Assembly: GCA_963924565.1 (NCBI GenBank) | Contig: OZ004615.1 | Coordinates: forward strand, 7,750,001 to 7,814,000 | Reading direction: 5' to 3' | From: Ascidiella aspersa | Taxonomy: Eukaryota | DNA length: 64,000 bases | Shown here: piece after piece, positions 11,001 through 23,000 of the stretch | Numbering within the stretch: position 1 is the first letter of the stretch | How the letters are laid out: the number at the start of each line of letters is the position of its first letter | Translations under genes and position numbers: made by a program | Notes under the pieces: model-generated | Databases searched by the model: none | What the model saw: only the letters and a program-made list of their open reading frames with translations | What the model was told of the DNA's origin: nothing

Positions 11001-14000
11001 AATTCCTAAAAGTATTGTACGTAACATTGCCTAGCAGGCAAACTCGAGAACTTACATAAGGCATTATACGAAATGATGTTTTATAATATTTAGCCTTGTG
11101 GAGAAGTTGTGCAAAAAAACTTTTGATATAAATCGCACTAAAATTTTTTGGGGGATTCTTATAGTTAAAACTCAATCAGGAATTTAGTAGTTAAAATACA
11201 TCCAATTAATATTTGTATATAACCAATACCACCTTCCGCCACAAAAAGGTTAAGAGTGATCGTTACCTAAAGTTAACCTACAGAAATTGACTAGTGCGAT
11301 TAAAGAATATATAGAAAAGCCAAACCTATCAAAATAATTGGATTATTAATTTAATCACTAGATACGTACAAGCGTACATATTGTTTGTTTATACGTGTTT
11401 CTTTTAATGTGACGTGAGACCCCTGCTGAAAGGCAGTGAACTAAGCAACGCACTGGAATTGAGGCAAACGAAGTGATCTGATTAATGTAAACGAAGTTTG
11501 CTAATATTTGTACATAACCAATTACCGCCTTTCCGTAAATAAATTAGAGTGATTAAACCCCTTGTCCTAAAGGAATTGACTTAATATACCTAAAACACGG
11601 AGTAACATATATTGCATCGCTTACTGTGAACTTTGGTGGAGATACAAACTCCACGTCGTCGTCACTTGACATTTCAGCTACTGGAGTTTCATCGCCACTG
11701 TCGATACTTTCGTCATGGTACGCCTGCAAAACGACCAACCGGTAATCGTAATATTCAATGTCAGTTTGAACTTACTACAGTTGTCTCTCTGGTCCGATAC
11801 ACTAACATTTTCCTTGTTACACCTTTAAATTGTTGGCCTTTAAATTTGTTCGACACGCCCAGCGATAGAAATTTTACTAATTTTTATTTATTTGTTTGTT
11901 GGTAACAGAAAGTCAAATTCAGTCGCTGAAGTTTGTTAGTAATCTTGTGACGCCTTTAAACTGTTAAACTTGCGACACACCCAGGAATATAAACTTTGAA
12001 AACTTTCATTTATTAGTTTGATTGTAACAGGATCGTTAAAGTGTTTTAGTAGCAACAAGTTCGAGCTAGGCTGCATGTCAGAGTATATAATTTCTGAAAG
12101 CATTCTATTACTGCAATTGAGTTTAATACGAAACGGAACCTGTTGCGACGCCCTTGGAAGATAAAAGGAAGCCCAGTTTGAGAATCTCTAACTTAAGCAA
12201 TCCGCTTTAAGACGATGGTAAACGTACATAGTTCTACTACATCGCGAATGATTTTTAACATAAAACACTAAAAACTTTGACACTGATTTGCGTTTCTATC
12301 TTGTCTTCGTTATGACTTGATGAAGGTCAGAAACATCGTTTAGGTATGAAAATTATTCTATATTCACCCCCGCTCCTAATGCCAACAAAGATTTGGTATT
12401 GAAAGTTTAAAGTGGTAAATACGATATAACTTGTTCGTATCGCTTTTTGTATCAACGATTTTATCAAATATTGTACTATAAAGCCAACTACGTCAAAAAT
12501 AACCAGAATATTAATGTTTTGTTTATAATTTTATTTTTCAATGTCACGCGGAAACCACGCAGAAAGACACTGTGTCGCAAATTTCATTTTTGTAGACCTT
12601 ATGTGCCGACTAAAGCGTTTGGTTGCTGTTCGCACCGGTTATCCGCCGACTTGGTTTTCTTTATCAGTCTCCGTTTTCTCAAGGCTGCATTTCCTTTGTG
12701 CATGATTTTGTTTGTATTGCGTTACATTACGTTGCCATTCGTCGGACAGAGTCCGAGCGGATCGGACTCATTTTAAGCACAGTTTGCAATCTAGTGGTTA
12801 GGACGAGCTGTAGCCTAATGCGAGCACTTGGTGTGCACGTGTGTTTGCCTTATAGTGATTGTTGTACTGTTACAAACGTCTTGCCGGAGAACGTTAAGTC
12901 AATCCTTATCCTTATCAACTACTTTTGGGGACAGTGTCCCGAACTAGTCTGCGACACACTGGAACAACTCACCGGAATTGAGGTAAACGAAGTGATCTGG
13001 AAGTTGGTTTCTTCTCCTTCTTCTGTTTTCTCCTCCCTGGGAGGTTCGGGAGTGAGAGGACGCGGGAGGAAGAGCAGTTCGTCGTCCTTAAGGACGGAGC
13101 GAAGACGCCGGTTGAGAAAGTAAGGAGGGAGGATATTGGAATCACTAAGGCGATAATACAAAAAAATAGTTAATAAGATGCAATCTAACATGAATTGTTT
13201 TTTACGTGGTAATCTTTTGTAATTTAGTTATCTATGCGTGACGTGGTTTCGTGTTACAGCACAAATTAACAATTACGTATGCTAGATAGAAATCGCATTT
13301 CTGGTGTAAACGAAGTTATAAACTGACGTTTCGGAAGCAGATACCAGCTGTTCTCATCAGGTTTAATAATTACCTATGGTGTTCATAACAGCAGTGAATA
13401 AATAAAATACGTATGTTTTTGAAGTGTATATATTACAATTGGATTTCATTGTATCACGTTAAGATTCGGGGTAACAATTTCCTTGTGAAATTTAAGAGAC
13501 GAGGAAAGTATTAACAGTTCACTGATGTCAGATTGAGCTGTTTGTATTTTACCAAGATCAGAAATTGAGAGCGAATTGTAGTTTATTTTACATAAATATT
13601 TCTTGCTAGGTACACTAAATTCAAGCACACGTAACATATTTAGTGTTGCTCATTGTACGTTTTCTATGTTTGTATATATTATCCACTGAGTCTATCTTGT
13701 TTGTTGTTTTAATGGTTGTTGTTTGTACCTTGATGGATTTAAGTCTGAGTCGTGTCCGAATCGCTCGCAGTTTTGGAGGAAATCGCCTTCTTCTGGTGAG
13801 TAGTAGTCTAAGGTGGCTGTGGGATTTTAATAAGACTTATTAGAAAACAAAATAATTTGTAAACTGATACGAATAATAGGATCTATTGGGTTAGATTCGT
13901 TAACAAAGTTTTAGCGATGAATATTTTATGTCTTACCTTCCGAATCCATTCCGTCACCGTCCTCTGCACTAAAGTATGTTGTAGACGCAACGCTGCTAAA

Positions 14001-17000
14001 CGACAGGATGGAGCCACGGCGAAAGTCGGCAGACGATGAGACGTCGTCACTGTGTTTGAATGTAAGCAATTTTGAAAAAAATATTGCAAAATACACACCA
14101 GGAGATTCTTGTTTGGGTTGTGCTGTTATTCAGAATTAAAAATAACGGATTTAAATTAATTGTTTTAAGATGTCGTAAAAACTAATATTTAAAAACAAAT
14201 AAACAGGTTGACAGACTGTTTCATATATTTTCTATACCTTTTTCGGCAAGAAGAATATGCGTTAATTAGCACACCTTTCGGACAATGTTAACAGGTAGGC
14301 TACAAAAAAAAACTTGTGCCTAAAACTTACTTAGGCTATTCTAAGAGAAAAATAATAAAGATAATAATCGGTAAAGTTATTGTTTTCCGTTTTCGAGAAA
14401 GAGGCAGTTCGTCCACCATATGGCCATTTTTGCTCATGTGAAAAACACTGTTTGTGCTACACCTGACAAAGATACAAAATGGTGATAGACACAGGTTTTT
14501 CACTGGTTGGCTTTTTGTTTTCGTTGCTTTTCGTTAACCTCCCGAATATAAGACTAAAAAAAAACTATTCAAAGAGCTACTGTACATTTAAAATGCGAAA
14601 AAGTAAATTTTTAAGAGATTTTAAAACTAGATCAACTTTTACTATTGAGCTTCAGGGTGCCACATTTAATAAGACCTGTTCTCGTGCGAAGTTATTTCAT
14701 TTTTTTGTTTGTGGAATTTTCTATTCTTACAGGAATCGTTTAGAATAGGCTACTTTCCTAACTTCCATGTTGGATATAATTTTACCTAATGGTGCAAGCA
14801 ATTATAGGATTAAACACAAAATCCAAACTAGTTAAGAGTAAAATATTAGGCCTACTCTTGATCAGGAGTCGCTGGTCTAGGCGCTGAGTCTGCAACTTCG
14901 CTAGCTGTTGGCGATAAAACTTCCAGTGATTCCTGAGCAACCTTTAATAAAAATAGAAACATTAGTAAGTTTTGTAGTCTTGGGAGAATCCTGGGTTTAA
15001 ACATTAATGAGAATTTTGTTGTTTAACTTTGCAAAGTGGGCACATTTACATATAATTAAAAGCCAATGCGATAACGTACAAATTTTACTTTTACTCAGGT
15101 GCTTATGATTTTTCTGCGTGATGTAGTTTTTGGCTAGTGTAATTTGTGAGTAAAAATATCGAATTGCATTTTTTTCCGATATTGTACAATCCTTCATAAG
15201 ATTTTTTAAGTTTATTTGGTATAAACTTGATTTTATTTGTTTCAATAAATGTAACTTGTTCTCGATGTTAAATAAAATATTGAACTGATAATATCAGATT
15301 TAAAATTAATTTTGAAAGTACGACTTTAAAATCGTGAAAATAATGATTCAGTTATATTTAATTTTACTAACCTGGACATATTCGCCATCTTGGTTTAGCG
15401 AATCCTTGACGTTGCTCAAGTCACTTTTAGGTTCAAGTGGCTGAGGCAGGTTGGCTAAATAGAATTAAATTGTTAGTTGGTAAAAGGCTAAACTAGTTTC
15501 ATTATATTATGGATTGATGGTATGGGGCCTTCTACAGAATTTAGGCTTAAAATGTGCGTCATGTAACTTTTGATTTTGTCAATCACTTTTAAAATCTGAT
15601 GCTTAGATAAACAACACTGAGGCTTATTTACCTTTTGAGTGGTTCAATGTTAGAAATCAACACGAGGCAACACAACCCACGATAATATTCTACAGTGAGT
15701 TTGTAGGAGTAGCAATGCTTTTTTACAATATTTTCACTAAATTTGTCACTACACACCCGACGCACAGTCTGCTTAGCCACAAGTAAAGCATACCATCTCA
15801 GAGTAAACCAAAACTACGTTTAGTTAAAATCACAGTGCTCCAACGCTAGAAAACACCCCTGATGGCTGTAGTTGGCATTATACATGATTCGACAACAAGG
15901 AATTTTTGGTTTGTTTTTGAGGCAAATTCGAAACGCATTGCGAGAAGCGCACTTGCGATTTCAATTTCGCCGTCTTTTTTAATCTATTTCAAACCGAACA
16001 AAAGTGTAATAGTTTTAATGTCGCGTACAAAGTTGAGACCAAACTGGAGGCGAGACGAAATAGAGGCGATAATGTCCATGCGCAAAATAAATCAACGATA
16101 AACTTCAAAATAATTAGAAAAAACACAAAAAATAAGAAACTTTGAATACACAACGGAGTTGTACAAGATTCAAAATCAAAGTTAAAAAGGACATTCAGTT
16201 AATTTGACTTGCACAACTTTGCGGCAAGAGTATAAACGTATTTTACAGGGAAGCGTTTATCATGGAGCGGACATACATCTTGTCAAAACACCAACCACAA
16301 CATCAAACGCTTCGCATTCGTCACAGAACAAACACATTGAAAGCACCACTTGAGATATACTTGACACTATATAATACCGCATGAGCGGGGTACCTCTATA
16401 AAATGAGGAGTCGTCATAGATGAATCAACGAGAAAAATGTACAAAAACCTAAAAAAAAATCGACAAAGTAAAGGTGAAACTATACGAGGATGGGCAATAG
16501 GCGTAAAGTTGTTTATGGAGGCAATGCAACATAACAAATTGGGCAACGAAAATTGAGCAACGAGGCTTTAGGTTTACGCAAAATAGTCCCGTTATAACTT
16601 GTAAAATGCTACTTAACACCTTCAGTTGCAAAATGCAATTACTGCATTTCACAGTTAATTGTTAGCAAAGCCGCGATTTAAACGTGACGCAATAGCATAA
16701 AGCATTCAAATAATAGGCAAACAAAAGTTATATTACAGTGCTAAAATCTTTTAATTTCCTTCATTTACAATCTTTGGACTTGATCACGGTGTGCATCCGA
16801 TCGCAAAACTTGGAATTCTTGCTTTGCCAATCCACCACCAATCTGGGTTAATTTATGTGGTGAGTTTCTTCAAACCCCCTGTCAACCCAGAGACCGATGA
16901 CGATGTTTGGGGGGCTGGATTGCTGTGGCAAGCTCCTTTACGCAAACCCATCTGAAGTTTGGTTATGGCACGAACCGCGTTGATGGAACGCTGTAACAAT

Positions 17001-20000
17001 ATAAGTAACAAGACATATTCATTATCGAAATCGATTAGCTTTACGTGTGTACAAGTGCTTAGAACTGTACATTTAATAAACTTAATTATTGGTCTGCATT
17101 AAACACCCTGTATGTGAGATAGTAAGTGGGTAGCTGTTAGATGCGTAGGTTTACTACAGGTCACACACACGCTGTGGTGAACTGAAGTATATTACAGGGT
17201 AAATCGGTTAGGTACAACCCGGAGATGGTGAACCTTTTATTGTATGAGTCACAAACGAGACCTTTATCCTTTTATAAAAGACACAAGTGGGTCGTACATT
17301 ATCCAGTGATAATAATATTTCGAAATTCGCCGATTTCACCTTTCTACAAATAACTTTGTCCTTTGTTGGTAATCCATAAGTTTATTACGACGACTCATTG
17401 CAATTGATAGTAGGCCCACGAATCAGTTACATAAATTAGGCTTCGTACCAATATGAAAAACAAATAAAGTTAACAAACCATATTATGGTAGCAAAATTAA
17501 TTTATCAAGGAGCTCCGCGCTCTAAGAATTGTACTTCCCAGACTGGTTTAAACAGCAGTGCCTAATTGTTAAACATATTTGTTTTTTAAAACATTTTGTA
17601 AACAAACTTTTTAGAGTTACAAGTGGGTTGCAGAACATCTGTAATAGTTTCCTAAGGTTCACGCGGTTTAGTGATTCGTCATCCGTTTTATGGGCTAAAT
17701 GGGTCAAGTCAGGCCGGCCCTATTGTTAACATTAACTATAAATGTGCCGTAAAAAAGTATGAATCGCAAAATGTACTTCGATTCAACACTCCAGTTTTTA
17801 TTTCTTAGCAATGGTATATGCTTGAGTATTATATGTCCCCACGTCTAAGCAAAATAGTTTATTTGAGTGGGCATCCGAACTGCAGCAAATTGTCAGGGGA
17901 ATCAGATAACGGCTGTTACGCGTCTAATTATAATAATCGCAGTGCCGAAATGTATAGTGGCTAGCGGTCTGGCAAGAGTCCTTACAGTATGTAATGATTG
18001 TAATGTCTTAACTTGGCAGAAGAACATAGGTGGGTATTCAATCGGTGACCGACAAGCAAATCGCAAAAATACCAAACAAACCTAAATATATCACAACACC
18101 ATTTTACTGATCGAATTTGTAAACAAAAACAACTTAAAAAGAATAACACAGTATCTAAATGGACGGCTATAAAAAAAAATATTTTCCACTCGAGTGTTCC
18201 AGCTAAAACGAGACAAAACCAGACTTCATCACTCACCACCCATTTTCTCCGGGCCACGAACTTCTTAAGGTTAAGCACAGCCGCGCATAAGCTCTTGCGA
18301 TGCGAAGCGCCGTCCATGGCTGCTTTCTGAAGCCAATCGTGCTTCAAGCAATCTGCACAACTCGGTCTGATCCTGCGAAAAAGCAGTACGGTTAATCTCA
18401 GACAAAGCACATAAAACGAGTCGCAAAAGTAGAGGTTTGTTGGAACTTGAAAACATTTCGACGTTTTGCTTTGTCTTATAGCTCATATAAACGCTCGGTT
18501 TGCCACGAAAAAATTTATGAACTAAATTGACATTCTGAACCGATTCGCATCGGCAAGACTCTAAGCCTTACTTAATTTTTAAGCGAGCGTAAAACCCGTT
18601 TTAATTTAAGATCCGTTGAGTTAGCATTTCTTTCTCTTCTAATTGGAATTTATAAGTTATCGCACGTTTTAAAGAACGAATTCGTTTTGTCTTTCGTTGA
18701 ACTTCAAACACCAGTTTCATTATTAAATGTTGAAAGACCCTGTCTCAAGTTTAAAGTTAAATTATTCTAAAACTGTAATAAGTAACCAGCACGCTACCGG
18801 TACACAGCTGTTCGGGGTAGTTTTATTTGAGTGTAAACCAACATATATAGATTAAATATATTAAGATCCGTCGGGTAATCTGGTAAGAAACGATAGCGAA
18901 TGGGGGAACACATATGATTATAGGATGTGACAACATTTCTTTCATGAAGTTAAACTTAAACGACTAAGAGGGCTTGAACATGTAATGCGAAGGGACACTT
19001 GTCGTTTCCCGAAAATCACACTAAGATTGACTCCAATTGGTAAAAAAAACCTAAAGCGATATAGCAATGTATCCGACCTGACCATTACGGGTCCATGAAG
19101 AACATCGCAACATGCTGCTTAAGACCATGAACAAATGGGAAGTCTGGTTTGTAGCTTATGCCGCAATCGGGGTCAAACGTAATTTATTGACTAAAAAAAT
19201 ACACACTTTAGAAGGTCTGTTAGTTTCTATTAGGACTAACATACACAAATAAACGTGTCGCAGGAAATATCAATATCTAATTTCAGGGCGTTACTGGTAC
19301 GTAAATTTACTTCTGGCATACCTTATGTTTATCAATAAGATTGCCTCTATTTATCTGAAAACTTAAGCAGGAGAATCGCAATTGGATAAGACTTTTTACC
19401 TTTCATTGTGTTTGAGCAGCGTGGTGATAAAGTTCTTGGCCTCTTCGCTGATTTCGTCGAAACTTTCGTCATCGAAATCGACTTCTCCGCTTGTGACGTT
19501 CGACAGGGTTTCTTGTTCAGTGTCGCCCATGAAGGGGGAAAGTCCCGATAACCTGAAAACGCAGTTGCTTCGATTTGATTACACGGCTTCATCGATTCCA
19601 ACAAAATCACAATTTTTTAGGACTATACGCAAGCTTTTCGAAGAAATGGGAATGAAAGTTATTTTAAAACATGTCGATTTAGGCGACTCAAGTTTCAAGA
19701 AAGAGTTCAAGAAGTTAAGGACAGGTATTATAGCGGCTTGTTCTTTGGAGTCAGAAACCTACAAGGAACGTATAAAAGACTTAAGCAGCCATCGACTCTC
19801 GCCTTTAAAGCCAGCACCTACTTAGCCATACTATACAATTACTTAATCGCTAAATTAACTAGTATTAAAATTGCAAGTCCGTATCGCGTTGGTTACTAGG
19901 TTGACTTTACTTTATTTTTCACCTTTACGTTGTTGTGCGTGAACCAGCGTTTTCTCGGATGTTACGAGGACGAAACCAAACAGGCAACCGAAAACACTCA

Positions 20001-23000
20001 AAGGCACGTGTGATATATCGATTGAACATACAAATCGGAGGTGGATTTTACATATCTATATGTCAAACACAATACGAAATGTGAAATATTTTCAAAATTG
20101 GAGGAATTCGGCGAAAGTGATATGAATGACCGTTTTACATGTATTGACGCCACCAGCTGTCAACAATTAAAAAAAAATAATTTGATTTAAAAAAATGCTA
20201 GGACAGTGCTGCATTCTGATATGTTTATTTTAAAATAGTAACAGTTTTATGGTTTGGGATACGTTATCCTTATGGTAATCTGGGTTGGCTTATTTAAGTT
20301 CGACAATCTTAGTTTACTCGCAACATCTGAACCTATTGCGATTATCAAGACCTTTGCGGTAAACCACAATTGCTGAGTTAGCATTTCTTTAACTTTTCGA
20401 AACAGTAATTTATAAGACAATCTTAATTTGCTCACAACTCATGTTCGAATGTCTTTTTAACAAAAAATTTAAAGATCTTCCATTAATATTGCGATTCTTG
20501 GGTGGCGTATTGATAGTCCAACAATCTTCATATCCTTGCGTCTATTGTAAATGATTTGTTGTTTTCTTAAAACGAGTAACAAATATGCAAAGCGTTACCT
20601 CCGCAAACAACGAGGTAAAATCGCAAATTAAATAGTTAAATGTACAACTTACAGCACGTAGGTTATGACGCCGATGCTCCACACGTCCGTGCCCTTTCCC
20701 AAGGGGTCAAAGTTGACGACCTCGGGCGCCACAAACTCTGGAGTGCCGAACATTATTTTCAGCGGCTTGTTGGGAACGTAGCGACGCGCGAAGCCGAAGT
20801 CGATTATCTTGATCAGGTCGAGTCGAGTCGGACTCACGCAGAGAATGTTCTCAGGCTGGAACGAGTACATTTGTCGAGTTGAAAAATCGCGATGTAATGT
20901 TAGGACGAATATGTTAAAATCGTTTGGCTAGTTTAAAAACGATTATCTTTTGTTTTTAATTTTTTTTAACATTGAACGAATTTTTTTTAATTATGTTAAA
21001 TATATGGTTGCTACTGCGTATATGAAAACCTGTTAATATCATTTTTGTGAATGTGAATCGAACTATTGTGCAAAAGGAATTTTGCACTGCCCGGGAATCG
21101 AACCCGGGGCGCAAGAATGGGAATCTTGCATGTTACCACTAGACCAGCAGTGCCGATGGTTCAATAAGGAACCGGTGAGATTTTAACTAACAGTAATGAT
21201 TATGTCTGCGATAGTTCGAATAAATGGACTCAAGTGTAAGTTATATGCTTTTTTTTATTTCACCACGTCCTTTTTGGCTATTGACTTTATAACAACCAAT
21301 TACAAAAAAAAAACAGTAAGAACAAGATGTTTCTAAACTTCCTAATTATTTTTTTTGATAGTCAACATGGCTTTAAGATTGGTATTGCACAATTACTCGC
21401 ACACTATACTTGGTTAAACAGTACAGCATAATTTTACAGAATGTCATAAACAATTGACTTTAGAGAAGCCACTTTCTATAAATACTAGTGTATATTTATT
21501 TACAATGTGACGAGCTGTACATTGTGAGTAACTATAACAGACCATTGTGTTTTTTAACATAACGAGCACTCTTGTGATAAGCCAACATTGCGAATCACTA
21601 TAATGATGATTTCGTCGAAACCTATTATTTATTACCAGAATCATAAGAATTTCAACGTAACTTGTAATTTAGATAATTACTGCTTAATTTCTGAAACAAC
21701 CTATTACACAACTTTGGCGATGTAAACGTATTATACCAACGGTATAAATTATTTAGAAAACTATTAATAATTCTAGCTGTTTAATGTTGAGAAGGAGATT
21801 ATGTGGTTCTTTATTCTGAAACGTATTTAGATCCGAAACTTAACCTCATATCGCTTGTTTATAATTTAGTTGCCACTTCGTATAGTGAACAATATTAACA
21901 CGACGTTATGGAATACCATGTGATTAATGTTTATTATTCTATTGCGGTTAGCTTACACGATACAGTATATATAGCTGAACATGAGTTCCAATATATTTTA
22001 GTATAGATTGGTTATATTTTAAGAATATTACCCGCTCGTGTGTATTGATTTCATTCTACAGTTTGTAGATTGTTATTACAGTTTGTTCATTATTACATTG
22101 GATCTCATGTAATTTTTTTAAAAGGAAACTATTTTTTTTAGATATCGTTGTGACTACGTAAAATTTGTATATAGCTTAATGTTGATTGGTGTGATGAATA
22201 GGGATATTGGACAATATCGGATAGGAGCCGATATATCGATGTCAAGTGGTAGTGTCGGCACTCGTCCGATACTTGGGTGGTATCGGTGGCGATCCGATAA
22301 CAAATTAAAAAGGAAGTTTAGGCCAGATTTTCGATCTGGTGCAACAATTTCTACTTTCGACGTTAAATTTATTAAACAATGTTTAACAAATGTAGATAAT
22401 TAAACTTTTGATCACTGAAGTATAAATGTGACGGGCAAATACGTTGGGACCAGTGCTCTGTAAGGTTTTACTATAGTCTTGAATATGACAATTGAACTTA
22501 AATTGTGTGTTAACAAACTGTATTAAGTTTTTAGCAGTTGCCATCGGTAAAATACGAAGGAATGATTGACCTAATGAAATATACTAGCTATAATCTATTT
22601 GTTAGTGCAAAACTGCTGATATTTTGCGAAACTGCTGAACTAATTCAAACGTGAGAAAATCATATGCATATACCTTTAGATCAAGATGGAGTATGTTGAC
22701 ACTGTGCATGTAGCTGATGGCCTCGCATATCTGACCGATGTACTTCACTGCCAGTTGTTCGGTCAAATCGAAGGTTTCGTCGCAAACGCGATCGAACAAT
22801 TCGCCACCCGTTACACTGCACAAAGTGTCGTTGTTTAGAAAACGTTTAAAGGTAGAACTTCACAATATATAATAGTACGCATCTGACTTTAATAGTTACG
22901 TAGGGGGCAGGGAAAAGTACAAAAACAAACGACTTTCTTTTAAATCGCCGGGCTTCCGATAAAAAGTCCTATATATATGAAATATTATGTTAAGTTGCCG

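Noticed and set aside
12447-13123. Plus-strand ORFs of 109 and 166 aa and a GC-richer patch at 12600-12830
   Set aside because: Partly antisense shadows of a real exon with no recognisable protein; all minus frames of the patch contain stops.
15372-15388. ATG GCG AAT ATG as the start of a separate SPEG-like gene
   Set aside because: It would leave the exon in phase 2, out of frame with the phase-0 exon at 14941.
19382-19825. 147-aa plus-strand ORF
   Set aside because: Antisense to an MLCK exon, with no independent coding signal.
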